From positions 4,514 to 68,513 of the IMG/VR virus record IMGVR_UViG_3300045988_059857: DNA of 64,000 nucleotides; one strand, given 5' to 3'. The DNA comes from a virus. The position numbers and the translations under genes are program-made. The notes beneath the pieces are model-generated. The model worked only from the letters and a program-made list of their open reading frames with translations. It ran no database searches and was not told the origin of the DNA. Positions 12,601 to 19,192 of the stretch are shown here, piece by piece (the first letter of the stretch is position 1; each line of letters opens with the position of its first letter).

Positions 12601-15600
12601 CCTTGTTCCTTTGCCCATTCTGCAAGTTCTACGACATATTCATTGATAGGTTCACCTTCCTTGTCAAAAGCAGGGAAACCTAACTTCTCGCCATCTTCCT
12701 TAGCTTTCTGCTGTTCAGGAGTGAGAGTATTTATATTATCATTTATATTGTCATTTATATTCTCATTATCCGATTTATTAGACAAATCATTAGATTCATT
12801 ATCCGATTCATTATCCAACTTCGTCTCTGACTTCGCCTTCAACTCAGCCTTTTCATCCGACTTCGCCTTCAACTCGGCCTCTGACTCAGCCTTGTGCTGC
12901 TCAGCATAGGCTGCATTCTCCTGAGCACGTTTCTGCTCTTCAAGTATGTTCTCTGCCTGAGCAATGCGAATATTTTCAACAAAGTTCCTCGCTTCCGATG
13001 CCTTGAAACCGCTATTGAGTACACCGATAAGTACGTTACGAATATCCTGAGTGTCTAGTGATTCAAGGTTGGATGGACGATTCTCCCACAAGCTATGAAC
13101 GAGCGCATCAATAGTAGTACCCTTGCCATCAGCAGCGAGCAACTGAGTCTTGGCAAAGTCTTCTCTGCTCAATCCAGTCTCTTGCTTAACACCCTTGCTT
13201 GTCTCTGTTCCCTCATAGTTGAGAGAGTGAGCACCGAGGTTGCTAGCCACATACTCCTCAGCAGTAAGCGGAGTTGTGTCAGTCACGTCAATACCAGTAG
13301 AGTCATACAGACGATGAAGGAGAGAACCGATAGTTTCTCTATAGAGTTGTGATACAGCCTCAGCATCATCCTTGACCGCACTCTTCAAGCGAGCGAACTT
13401 TCTTCTTGCCTTCTCAATGAGTTCCTTTCTACCCTCAGCAGTATCTTCCACCTTATCCAGTTGTCGCTCGTTATAAGCATCACGGATAGCGATAGCAGAG
13501 TCATAAGCCGCCTGAGCATCAGCAATCGCCTTCTCCTTGGCATCCTTAGCAGCCTTCTGCTCCACGAAAGTCTTGCCCTTCACGGTCATGTTGCTAGCCT
13601 TATCGAGTGCCTTCTTTGCATCAGACACATATCCAGATACGATACTATCTGCATCCTCACCGAACTGAGTATCATACAACTCAGCAGTCTGTGCGGCAGT
13701 CAGCTTCGAGAAGTCAGGATTGCCATCCTCCAGCATAGGCACGATGGTTCCATCTTCAAGAGTAATGGCAGGAGCAGCAGGAGTCTGTTCTGTTGCAGGA
13801 GTCTCAGCAGATTCAGGAGCAGCAGTCTCGCCCTCTATTGTCGGAGCTTCCACCTCTATCTCACCTCTATTCTCTCCTCTATTATCCTCTATCATTGAGG
13901 TCTCAGCCATCGCTTGCTTGTACTCATCAAGAGACATTGAAGTAATCATGCTTACATTCTTCTTGCTCACAGCATGAGGAACGAGAGAGCCATCACTCTT
14001 CAACTCAACTACCTTAGCTTTAGCACCTGTATCACGAATAAGGAACAATCTAGAGTCAGGATATTTAGTGTTACCATCCTTGTCAAGCACATCAACGAGT
14101 ACAACGTTTCCATCATCATTGAGAATCTGATTGAAATCAAATGAAGGTTGAGTTTCTTCTGTCTCCTGATTCTGCTGGGCAGCACGTTCATTCTCCAACT
14201 GCTCACGCTGAGCCTTGGCAGCTTCCAGTCTCTTCTGGTCTTCCAAGTCTTTCAAGTTCTGCAAGTCTTCAAACGAATAAGGATTCTCCACTACGTTACC
14301 ATCAATAGAGATAGAAGCAGTACCATCACCATAGTCAGCAAGCACCTCATAGGTATGCTCCATACCATCAGCACCAGTCACATTGAACTGGGAACCAACT
14401 TCAACGGTTCCATCAATGATGCCAGCCACTTCCTTGATAGCATTCTCTTTAGCATCAGCTACCGCCTGAGCCTTCACATCATCAGCAGGGAGTTCTTCAC
14501 CCAGTTCAGCGAACATCAACGCATCTGCATGTTCAACGCTATTGGTTGTCGGGTCATAGTATAGAATCATATCATCGCTATTGCTTACATCAATGGAGCC
14601 ATCATCATGAGTAGCAATATTACCACTGATAATATACACACCATAGTCTTCCAAGCCACCTGATGCTTTGATGGTAGAATTACGGACGGAACCACGACTC
14701 TGGTCTGTATACATATCAACTCTCTGTTCTGCCTGATGAGCAGCGAGGTCAACCTTATCTTGTGCATCATCAACCACACCTTGGTATCGGGCAGAAGACA
14801 ACTGGTAGTCATAGATAGCTTGGTCAAGTTTATCATCCTGCCCCGTCAGTGATTCCAGTTCCTCATCACTCATGGCAGATAGCTGCTGCTCAGAGATACC
14901 CAATGCTGCTGCAAGAGTCTTCATCTGGTCTTCCTGCTGAATCTGAATATCATGCTTGTCTGCATCATCGGCATCATGTCCCTCAGAATAAGCATTATCA
15001 ATATCAGTTTGATGCTGCTCCTCAGGAGTTGTAGACTCATTGGTAATCTCCTTGGCATTCATTTCAGCAGTCTTGGCAATATTGTAGCCACGCATCTTCA
15101 TCAGGTTCACACCATAGTTGACAGCAGCATTAATCTGCTCCTTGGTCATGGTATCTCTCTGACGGAGAATATCAGCCAGCACACCGCCCATCTGCTCGTT
15201 GGTTGCATTGTCAATCTTATCCTTGATGTCTGCCCAGTTATCGCCCATAAGGTTCTGTGCATCACTATCAGCCACGTTCACCTTGTTGCGGAATCGGTAG
15301 TACTGAGCACGATTGTAGATACCTTTTACTGGTCGGGAGCCAGCACCCATCGCATACATAGAACCAACAGAGATAGCCATACCACCGATGATGTCGAGTT
15401 GCTGCTTAGCATCAAGGAGGTCGCTCACCTTACCTTCACCATCCAGCAGGGCATGAAGAGGAATACCAATTTCCTCCTCCATCACTTCCTCAGCGAAACC
15501 ATTGATGCCGAACTTCTCCATCCACTTCTTGGAATTGGTATACCATCCACTCTTGCCGATATTCTTGAAGAACTCAGCAGAAGTATTCATACCATGTTTC

Positions 15601-17198
15601 TCCATGAAGTTGACAGCACCCTTCTTGATACCATAGTTATGACCAAACAACTTCTCTGTGTAGTTCTCCACCATGGCAGAAGTCAGACCTTTATAGAGAG
15701 CAGTACCCATAGACTCACCACCCTCATGCAGAAGGTTTCCGTTTTCATCGAATGTACCAAACTTATAATTGCCCTGCTCATCCTGATACAGATTACCCAG
15801 ATGTCGCTGCATGATGTCTGCTCCAGTCTTCAAAGCCTGTTCAGTTCCAGCCATGGCATACGAGCCGATAACATCACCAGCCACGATACCAGTGTTCTTC
15901 AAGATGGCAGCACTCACCTTGCCCATGCCACGCTTAGCAGCAAACTTCAAGGCTCCACGACTGATGCCCTTGGTAATACCACCATAGCCGCCAGTCAGGA
16001 AGAAGTCAGCCATAAATGGGAGACTCTGCCCTGCAATCTTAGTCCAACGATAGACGTTACCCATCTTCTCGTCTTCGAGAGCCGCAGCAGCATCCGCACC
16101 CAGTTTACTCTTCAAGAGCATCTTATCCGAACCAGAAAGAGGAATGTTGTTATCCATCTTTGTCTTGATACGTTCCATCTGCCCCATGGTAGCGAAGTCT
16201 GTCAGACCGAAATCCCATGTCTTGGCAGTAAAGGCAGTATTGTCAAGAGCCTTCAAGGCATCCTCACCCCAGCTACTTGTAGGATATTGTTTCACCGCTT
16301 CAAGCGCACCAATCTGCTCATTAACCAGAGCAAGAGAGGTAGCCAACTTGTTGCTATAGTCACTCTGCTCAGCAGTTCTTCCGTTACTAGCACCAATACT
16401 AGCACCATAAGAGAGAAGAGGATTGCCATGAAGACGATGGTCTTCCGCTATAGCAACTTCAATCTCCTTCTTTCGGGCATAGGCATCAGCCAGTTTCTTG
16501 TCAAACTGCTTTTGAGCACCTTCCTCAGTAAGATAGGTTCCATTCTTATTGATGTTCTCCTGCAAGTCATAGTTACCATTCTTGTCACGAACATCAAAAG
16601 CAGATGGAATCTCACCAGTATCAACCGCATCCTGATAAGCAATATCCTGTGCTTGACTCTGCTCAGCTTCAGGAAGAGAATAAACATTCTCATTGTCCGA
16701 GGTAACGTATGCGCCAGCCTTGCCAGTCTCAGGATTGTAAACGAAATCATCCTTCACCACATTGTTTGCATCACCACCATAAGGAGTCTTGTGTGTACCC
16801 AAGTTCACACGACCGAAATCCTTCTGCTGTTTCTTCTTGCGTTGTTTCAGTCGGTTGTATCTGCCAGCATTGTTCATTGCCTGCTGAGCACTAGCCGATA
16901 TAGCTGCTGCCCCAGCAGAGAAACGAGCACGGTCAGCAGCACTCATAGGAACACTACCGCCCTTCGCTCTTGATGAAGTCCTGCTACGAGGTTCAAAGAG
17001 TGCAGAGTAAAAACGCTCATAAGTAGATGGAACATCAAAGTTCTGAGCCTTCAAGTTCTCATAGATAGCGTGTCTATTATCCGCACCGCCCTTTCCGTCT
17101 CTTGTCAGAGCACTCTCAAACTTATTGTAATCATCAGGCACATCATAGTTCTGTGCTTTCAGATTCTTGTATAAAGTGTATAATGGTCTTTCTGCCAT
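687..17198 (-). CDS. giant multi-domain 'polyvalent' protein (5503 aa): HExxH peptidase motif, four YHG[ST] ART-like modules, C5-cytosine MTase domain, large unassigned N- and C-terminal regions
   Basis: A single uninterrupted ORF with ATG at 17196-17198 and TAA at 687-689. The motifs are listed in the sub-features below. It is the third gene of an operon driven by the late promoter at 19061-19103. Confidence 0.9.
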   Translation of the reverse strand: MAERPLYTLYKNLKAQNYDVPDDYNKFESALTRDGKGGADNRHAIYENLKAQNFDVPSTYERFYSALFEPRSRTSSRAKGGSVPMSAADRARFSAGAAAISASAQQAMNNAGRYNRLKQRKKKQQKDFGRVNLGTHKTPYGGDANNVVKDDFVYNPETGKAGAYVTSDNENVYSLPEAEQSQAQDIAYQDAVDTGEIPSAFDVRDKNGNYDLQENINKNGTYLTEEGAQKQFDKKLADAYARKKEIEVAIAEDHRLHGNPLLSYGASIGASNGRTAEQSDYSNKLATSLALVNEQIGALEAVKQYPTSSWGEDALKALDNTAFTAKTWDFGLTDFATMGQMERIKTKMDNNIPLSGSDKMLLKSKLGADAAAALEDEKMGNVYRWTKIAGQSLPFMADFFLTGGYGGITKGISRGALKFAAKRGMGKVSAAILKNTGIVAGDVIGSYAMAGTEQALKTGADIMQRHLGNLYQDEQGNYKFGTFDENGNLLHEGGESMGTALYKGLTSAMVENYTEKLFGHNYGIKKGAVNFMEKHGMNTSAEFFKNIGKSGWYTNSKKWMEKFGINGFAEEVMEEEIGIPLHALLDGEGKVSDLLDAKQQLDIIGGMAISVGSMYAMGAGSRPVKGIYNRAQYYRFRNKVNVADSDAQNLMGDNWADIKDKIDNATNEQMGGVLADILRQRDTMTKEQINAAVNYGVNLMKMRGYNIAKTAEMNAKEITNESTTPEEQHQTDIDNAYSEGHDADDADKHDIQIQQEDQMKTLAAALGISEQQLSAMSDEELESLTGQDDKLDQAIYDYQLSSARYQGVVDDAQDKVDLAAHQAEQRVDMYTDQSRGSVRNSTIKASGGLEDYGVYIISGNIATHDDGSIDVSNSDDMILYYDPTTNSVEHADALMFAELGEELPADDVKAQAVADAKENAIKEVAGIIDGTVEVGSQFNVTGADGMEHTYEVLADYGDGTASISIDGNVVENPYSFEDLQNLKDLEDQKRLEAAKAQREQLENERAAQQNQETEETQPSFDFNQILNDDGNVVLVDVLDKDGNTKYPDSRLFLIRDTGAKAKVVELKSDGSLVPHAVSKKNVSMITSMSLDEYKQAMAETSMIEDNRGENRGEIEVEAPTIEGETAAPESAETPATEQTPAAPAITLEDGTIVPMLEDGNPDFSKLTAAQTAELYDTQFGEDADSIVSGYVSDAKKALDKASNMTVKGKTFVEQKAAKDAKEKAIADAQAAYDSAIAIRDAYNERQLDKVEDTAEGRKELIEKARRKFARLKSAVKDDAEAVSQLYRETIGSLLHRLYDSTGIDVTDTTPLTAEEYVASNLGAHSLNYEGTETSKGVKQETGLSREDFAKTQLLAADGKGTTIDALVHSLWENRPSNLESLDTQDIRNVLIGVLNSGFKASEARNFVENIRIAQAENILEEQKRAQENAAYAEQHKAESEAELKAKSDEKAELKAKSETKLDNESDNESNDLSNKSDNENINDNINDNINTLTPEQQKAKEDGEKLGFPAFDKEGEPINEYVVELAEWAKEQGLEIDPTSKWNNYADLFIMCKDGFGVGTLVPDRGESINQVVYFPDNVQGFDQLWKLHEEFNVGRDLKHSADMDNEQTQGAMFYDGDTAREFKEFVDKKVEEQNKVFGEQRPEEDLPFSAKENGKQQTTAERAADVEKNKVDDMKVVDNIVGEKTRKAFERLAKMMGANIQWQYSDKLGNGWIQETKDADGNVHRTIFITLDSSITEGAQFIFGHEMTHQIKNLNPAAYNELTQLVIDSYGSDAFDKAVDETMKRYSDAGFSGRARDYYAEEVVADAVGEMIRDINLAHTLAMKMSHPLLAAIHEILLKIKLAFYGTEYSDVTKNIIRSIEQAYVKTANGEVTNSETGEDVSFSLRQKPEPKKKGIGYKVFVLKDGKLYPPMVSNPNGAATPVGVWLDADAAPIAGESKTGRPQVKQGGKGTQGGSGKLAYRPGWHLGVVPYAIQFNRKDAEGNKTLFPKNFVFAEVEYAADVDYQEEARQEGINPSGKYQHSLAGLKHLPTDGFYMYRTNPNPETDPWVITGAMKVNRILTRAEQAELVKNAGREPQQIQEGDIVTDDVVNSINQEIADAPKFSLKVYHGSGADFTEFDFDHMGEGAGSQVFGWGGYVTSSEEIGKSYANLSRDYGSRNIYKGDIPLTKLEKAALSSFIENNKNHEGTFKEGVAGSIERQKALIAKHPNNPLSNSIKKRIEVLEGAMPKLDSISWDDFVPSGKNLYEVDIPEDNGSNYLEWEKKPSDEVATKIIEGLYGLDAKTLDDMASKDIVFRTLLYDYIKNADKEQMIPLLVKTHALTRETTYDNGNVEDDIRFVYNRLSRWMGSQKAASQFLSSLGFTGIKYPAGTIMGGVEGDEINYVIFKPEDMKITEHTKFSIKTYHGSQASFDKFDHSFMGSGEGAQAYGWGTYVSEVEGIAKAYAKANAKKNAPSRLMYQGKPMTYKTPSIIYQVALDMDKFNISAKEAISKMIDADEKKLASVGDTPFAKMKAKQVQDELKVLKDLNPSDFKINEDYDTVAQDLIDTKSGLDLLEDELKDAKSYVDLYQSRLDEAKEELSKAKESGTGLGVDMYESDVEYYSEQVKRYKQSIKTKESDIKDVKTKVDALQKKLDSMEKPRNLYSVDIPDDTGRNYIGWDEPLGAAKIMRLPKVFKADGWEYKKVGMYDTYKIDGNEHEVWLEPTLTTGKELYRDLTNALGSDKAASEFLSKAGFVGVKVIAQRNTGGNKEGKMNYVIFDENNAQITSHTKFSLKKDGLTPEIANTPVNIVDADEEHGFKNYAEAREWAKKNIVRTYNDEETGGKGEINISNTAVGKYLSEKAVKKSANKDVHMSVLKVLPSILRESVDAIQHVDRNKVGNERSEDFGVNPDVMIHRCYGAVNIGDKVYGVKITLKENVRTHEKTKLYSYEATKIELLDGQSGDVAMTSPRNSNNSITVAKIIKGFETTKKNGEKFSLKDEKTLAGVHNITEEKLRKALKLGGFANPSLAVIDTNKTAHDNFGEISFIAPSALLDKRTGNTGGTWITDAYTQRYPSVEREMSEKGYRKFEDWVDSLDYPSGAKAEIERQAKDALSDNNAPAWELMYLKEKGIDIKEYDSRIDYRWKEIISDHPTAEDILNSMKTDPELNKKVTSLAKHAIIHPTWEKVSLEVRRKMYKETGVKASPINPQVRKQTKEIFERDYAPTLLNKDGSPRKKDVKKVVGDIVKEHNDTKKYDFYLSKVKASNYVNKNGLYDDYIRWQENKLDEFGTKNRIFRGYTKDGSRKYVPETLENVSKAMREEADGQTNGSEYTSFGSFIAKLASRVDSTDEMRANKDKLSSNKDKEEFYEKWNGVYYDLAKFLYNDVFYGEQRLHDIVLQSDPKKYAKKEYGITLTPTFMKKLDALKNAVQTELKSAYFETKYNRPLRLNEFAAAVVPNNLGDDVRKGISDAGLPMYDYDPKKDGDRSRAFNEAINSSDNIRFSLKDEKEKIVADAKANGTYMIAPNGEKTKLDAEQWATVRTTNFKNWFGDWENDPENASKVVDENGEPLVAYHGTTNDETTSVWNEKTKMYDTSHEPFTVFKREVDGLPNSGLFFNSSEDNAYEYGYNNYAVYLSAKNPLVIDCKGSLYNSIKHDGKTMDTYDWANWAEENGYDGVIFKNIKDGVDYGSMQYTTDDYVVFKSNQIKSAENNNGDFSADNNDIRFSLKSMMAKPEGWKRANKKAIHIAEAIERDPKFSLKNLDGTLIKAGTYFSGGGLVEEGLKGIIDPVVAVEYDEKISGVYRNNFGQHIVTADVRDVDPKELVKQIDGEVEYFHASPVCKNYSQAKNNHAEVELDKETAASTAEFINSVKPKVVTIENVKGYKDSDAMKTITDALDANGYTWDADVYNAADFGGYTNRERLIARAVRDGKLPAKPKKMEHKSGWYEAVADIIPTLTEKKNGVANWMDVRLKADGIDWRNIDKPLYVMGSAYADGKIPHAFADELLPTLRTKSGDVIVMPDGKVYRAMGRVLARVSGVSDDYKMPFSENLSHTIIGNGIPTQLTEHVIAPLLTGSDPKFSIRTYHGTGASFDKFDFSHMGEGEGSQAFGWGGYVTNSKDIAEDYTRRAKIRKDNGGFEFVTDMSANNKDMVRHYIYKYKDVDKGLDAMRKDLSSALEMFPDDDNLKELSDILAKKNEEIAVPDDIAYLYDVDIPDDNGDYLDWENKLKKSHLNKVNKELVRIGKEPIEAIYPSRVDGKVRGQDLYDELSSMLGSKEAASKLLSDAGFVGIKYPAGTIFGGAKKDDYNYVIFDENNANIVGNTRFSLRYDQFEHDLNQWKKDNNLPKDAQRPTIPQRNAGESAVDFLKRVDEYRKQMALWKTAPTYEQHLLSDDTALGEFNRELQRGSVLKRIAFQDSMLAIRKAQEAIMKEVGVDRLNMAEDAYTAENRSHGKGKNEFEEYNNEFLQPLRKAYHQMKKILGDSYDNVRIYMMAKHGLERDAQMAFKKSLDADFEDVAQRSAAYRAYKGDMNRITNDSDLEFGRVDFNTWRQRDNALRTKYSPSYMDYRYDENGIAYDYSGLSALFGGSDFEEAAHKLVRDIESSHVAEVQDLWNATNAATKKILRDGYKAGMMSKDTYLYVRDMYSHYIPLRGWDGTTADQVWDYVGGGKGAFNQTLKTAHGRTSIADDPIAYIENMAESGILLNNKNWVKQHLMLLAQNHPTSLLTLSKAWYVKSTDANGNEEWIPATPQITSQMNSNQVKATIDAFEQKMENMAQTGDATQQREGLNIAYPQTHSEEREHEVRVMKDGEEYVIYVNGDPQLAQAMNNTRAHRVREIQSGKLDRAAAWLGRKMAAAYTSLSPLFIPSNYFRDLTMTLASTAIREDGRYNYLLRKNLATSWNLGFMLRDYQNGKLRDKVNNGNATPKEQMFYDFMMNGGETGFVSSLDVEDLKKKFKNDLKDLDRWKANPVKVGHTIMDSIEFLNRMIEDSNRFAVYMTSIQYGRSIDEAVNDAKDVTLNFNRKGTGEYGWQMIRNLYLFINPAVQSLQTLGALAKHHPFKFTAVTASWLASGVLVPIVNAALMSLLGGDDDKDKYWQFTKWDRRNNLIMWVPFTHEYVKIPLAQEFRAFYGVGDMIASKMMGGELAEESWSQYAEDLLGQVVDMLPLDPTGYDGNIAVSLMPNAIRPVFELAFNVDFTGKPLFKDTEYNKYDPNFTKAYVGTPDWLVRASRMVNSIGNDYPDVQQNKWDALGNPRYNLNNPAVVDHVLSSYLGGAYTMGSQVLGLLTKSLNDRKEIKVADIPLVSKFVSNPDDRPVSKKQGDEFWDKKEYYDRASNTISKLKKQAKIDGDYSLLERFYGSEEYKTYKLYEKDVKDYNEARKKERAEESGDEYRPHQLNAEDIYNNHATPMDEFEDMKLKQLFEKLNSFKTRYDAIVDNAPNESDGYYNTNKAAIDAIDEISLDKQEISELKKGFLDDGKDAYNAEDMKQIRELRKKILAVLENANKVVVANQKAKTEK
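4281..5015 (-). other. YHGT module 3 (aa 4062-4306), ART-like
   Basis: The module starts KFSIRTYHGTGASFDKFDFSHMGEGEGSQAFGWGGYV and ends AASKLLSDAGFVGIKYPAGTIFGG...YNYVIFDENNANI. Confidence 0.55.
5020..5965 (-). other. C5-cytosine DNA methyltransferase domain embedded in the giant ORF
   Basis: Motif I YFSGGG is at 5919-5936. Motif IV is FHASPVCKNYS, with the Cys codon at 5727-5729 (aa 3824). Motif VI is TIENVKG at about 5601-5621. The motif VIII-like segment is YTNRERL. The C-terminal motif is IIGNGIPTQL at about 5059-5088. Confidence 0.8.
6070..6625 (-). other. fourth, shorter YHGT domain resembling the ART domain common in polyvalent proteins
   Basis: The sequence runs FKNWFGDWENDPENASKVVDENGEPLVAYHGT ... 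GLFFNSSEDNAYEYG ... DDYVVFKSNQIKSAE. The His codon is at 6528-6530 (aa 3557). The family name is recalled from memory and has not been searched. Confidence 0.5.
8883..10001 (-). other. YHGS module 2 (aa 2400-2772), ART-like with coiled-coil insert
   Basis: The module starts KFSIKTYHGSQASFDKFDHSFMGSGEGAQAYGWGTYV and ends AASEFLSKAGFVGVKV...MNYVIFDENNAQI. A central Lys/Glu/Asp-rich insert looks helical. Confidence 0.55.
10002..10889 (-). other. YHGS module 1 (aa 2104-2399), ART-like
   Basis: The module starts KFSLKVYHGSGADFTEFDFDHMGEGAGSQVFGWGGYV and ends AASQFLSSLGFTGIKYPAGTIMGG...INYVIFKPEDMKI. It is paralogous to modules 2 and 3. Confidence 0.55.
11620..12220 (-). other. Zn-metallopeptidase-like domain inside the giant ORF
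   Basis: HEMTH (aa 1746-1750) is encoded at 11949-11963, in the context ITEGAQFIFGHEMTHQIKNL. Domain borders are approximate. Confidence 0.6.
12729..12880 (-). repeat. in-frame tandem DNA repeats / low-complexity acidic segment of the giant ORF
   Basis: There are 3 copies of a 12-bp unit, atttatattNtc, at 12729-12764, encoding NINDNINDNIN. A 17-bp exact repeat, gacttcgccttcaactc, occurs at 12829-12845 and 12859-12875 and encodes AELKAKS twice. Confidence 0.8.
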
Positions 17199-17227
17199 GA
17201 TATATATTTTTTTTGTTACCTTTTCTG

Positions 17228-18352
17228 TTACCAGTTTACACCAGTCTTCTTCTTTCCACCATTGTTGGATGATGATGTATGGTTCTGTTTAGTCTTACCA
17301 TGCTTACGCTGATAGGCTATCTTCTGAGCCTTCTTCCCTGCTGCCGTCTTAGGAGAGTAGCCCATTTTCTTTACTTCCCTTGCAGCCTCAGCCATACCAT
17401 CAGGGTCTTTCTCCATCAAATCCATATACTCATCAACTTCTCCTGAATACGAACCCTTTCTTGAACTGCTACTACCCGACTTGTTCGCACGAATACGACC
17501 AGTTGCAGCGTTAATACGCTGGATAGCTTCTTGTGCTTGCCAATGAGAGATTTGCCCATCAGCCAGAGCCTTCTTGATAGCCAAGATAGACTTCTTGTAG
17601 TCTACATCAGTATCATACTTCATCTTAGACAAATCAAGTCTTCTGTTTCCTTGGTCAATTCTCTGTTGACCTTGGTCGTTCTTCACCTTATTAATGTCGT
17701 TCTGCATATCATGATACCTCATCAGCTCAGCGAGAGTCAGGTTGTTCTTACGAGCTTCCTCATCAAGAGCAAGTGCCCTCTGGTAGCCAGTCTGCCAAGC
17801 CGCCCGATTCTTCTCACGCTGGGCATCCATATAAGCCTTGCGCTTATTCACCGCCTTAGTCATATCCGACTCAGGATTGTGTACCACCTTGGCTCCCTTG
17901 GTAGCGAAGTAGATATTGGAAAGCGCACGAAGACCATCACCCAGCGCAGCGATACGAGCCTTAGTCCGCTCCTTCTTCTCTCTGTTTGCCTTCTGTTCAG
18001 CAGTCTCCGAAATATCAGGATTCAGCATCTTATACATGTCGGCATAGGTCAACTGCTTTTCCTCTGGCTCCTGCTTAGGTTCAGGCTTCGGCTCTTCCTT
18101 CTTCACGATAGGGATAGAGCCATTCAGCATACCTTCGGCAGTCTGCTGGTTCATTCTCACCGCTTGCTCATGGGCATCCTTTGGAGGAGTAAGCTGCTCC
18201 TCCTTACCATGGAGCATAGCTTGTGCAGTGTTCATATTTATCTGTTCAGGAATAGCCTTCTGTGCTGCATCCACACCACTCTGCTGCTTGTTGAGTACAC
18301 TCTGTGTAGTCTTCAAGCCATTATTGTTTCGTAACATATCTGATGCTTTCAT
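17228..18352 (-). CDS. hypothetical Lys/Gln-rich protein, possible internal virion/ejection protein
   Basis: ORF of 374 aa with a low-complexity, basic composition. It lies directly upstream of the giant ORF in the same late operon. Confidence 0.7.
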   Translation of the reverse strand: MKASDMLRNNNGLKTTQSVLNKQQSGVDAAQKAIPEQINMNTAQAMLHGKEEQLTPPKDAHEQAVRMNQQTAEGMLNGSIPIVKKEEPKPEPKQEPEEKQLTYADMYKMLNPDISETAEQKANREKKERTKARIAALGDGLRALSNIYFATKGAKVVHNPESDMTKAVNKRKAYMDAQREKNRAAWQTGYQRALALDEEARKNNLTLAELMRYHDMQNDINKVKNDQGQQRIDQGNRRLDLSKMKYDTDVDYKKSILAIKKALADGQISHWQAQEAIQRINAATGRIRANKSGSSSSRKGSYSGEVDEYMDLMEKDPDGMAEAAREVKKMGYSPKTAAGKKAQKIAYQRKHGKTKQNHTSSSNNGGKKKTGVNW

Positions 18353-18355
18353 AGG

Positions 18356-19030
18356 CTATGCTTTTACTTTCTGTTCCTGCAATTTCGCACCAAGACTATT
18401 CAGCTCACCTTGCGATGGCAGTCCAGTAGTCTTAGCCTTCAAGCCAAGAGTATCGTTTGGATTCTTGTCTATACCATTCAACTGCTCCTTAGTCACATTC
18501 ATATTCGGTGCTTTCTTCACACCACCACCAGCACCACTATCAATCGTTGCAGCGATGTTGGCAGCAGTACCAGCCACACCAGCAACGGCATTGGCGGTAT
18601 CAGCAGCCTTCTCAGCTTCAATACCCATCTGCTGACTATTCAACTGATTCTTGCGCTCTCTATACTGCTGCTCGATGTTATCCTTGCGAGCATCATTTGC
18701 AGCTACAATCTGTGATGTAGTATCTGCAAGAGTCTTGTTGTTCGCTTCCTTAACCGCAGTAGTTGAATCTTCCGTACCGCCCATCACCGCCTGTCTTCCC
18801 TTAGCAGCCTTATTGCGGTTCTTAATCTGCTCCTGCATCTGGGTAAGCAAGCGCACGGTATCAGCACGCTTGGTCGGGTCGGCATTATATGTTCGGTCAT
18901 ACCATGCCTGATTTTCTCTCTGTTGCTGGGCAATCATCTGCTCCTGCTTACGTCTCGCCTTGCGGTTAGCTACACCACCAGCGATACTACTTGCAAGTCC
19001 AAGACCTGCCCCAATTAATGCTCCTAACAT
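18356..19030 (-). CDS. hypothetical protein with Gly-rich hydrophobic N-terminus and Gln-rich body
   Basis: ORF of 224 aa. The N-terminus is MLGALIGAGLGLASSIAGGV. It is the first gene after the late promoter at 19061-19103. Confidence 0.7.
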   Translation of the reverse strand: MLGALIGAGLGLASSIAGGVANRKARRKQEQMIAQQQRENQAWYDRTYNADPTKRADTVRLLTQMQEQIKNRNKAAKGRQAVMGGTEDSTTAVKEANNKTLADTTSQIVAANDARKDNIEQQYRERKNQLNSQQMGIEAEKAADTANAVAGVAGTAANIAATIDSGAGGGVKKAPNMNVTKEQLNGIDKNPNDTLGLKAKTTGLPSQGELNSLGAKLQEQKVKA

Positions 19031-19060
19031 ATATATGTATTTTAATTATTAATAATGTGG

Positions 19061-19103
19061 CAAAGTTAATAATACTAGCCGAAAATCATATTTTATCCGT
19101 TAA
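19061..19103 (-). promoter_or_regulatory. late-type composite promoter: TTAACGGATAAAA-N22-TAACTTTG
   Basis: On the minus strand the motif is at 19091-19103, the spacer is exactly 22 nt, and the -7 box is at 19061-19068. The ATG at 19030 lies 30 nt downstream. Confidence 0.7.
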
Positions 19104-19126
19104 TACTCGTGCTTCTGATTCAATTA

Positions 19127-19169
19127 TTAACGGATAAAACTCGCATATAAATAATAATTAGTAACTTTG
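19127..19169 (+). promoter_or_regulatory. late-type composite promoter: TTAACGGATAAAA-N22-TAACTTTG
   Basis: The motif is at 19127-19139, the spacer is 22 nt, and the box is at 19162-19169. It forms a perfect 15-bp inverted repeat with 19091-19105. Confidence 0.7.
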
Positions 19170-19192
19170 CGGCATTAATAGACAGAAAAAAT

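Noticed and set aside
14952-16973. A 673-aa plus-strand ORF, plus other long plus-strand ORFs (6012-7307, 2748-3485, 7503-8264, 3762-4403), lying inside the giant minus-strand gene.
   Set aside because: These are antisense shadow frames. Their translations are Leu/Ser/Ile/His-rich low-complexity strings with no motifs, and they lack promoters and sensible starts. They are fully explained by the codon bias of the 5503-aa ORF on the other strand.
687-17198. The idea that the giant ORF is a crAss-like virion-packaged RNA polymerase fusion.
   Set aside because: I found no DxDGD-type two-barrel catalytic motif anywhere in the translation. The recognisable motifs are peptidase, ART-like and C5-MTase. 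The genome also carries an integrase and an immunity module.
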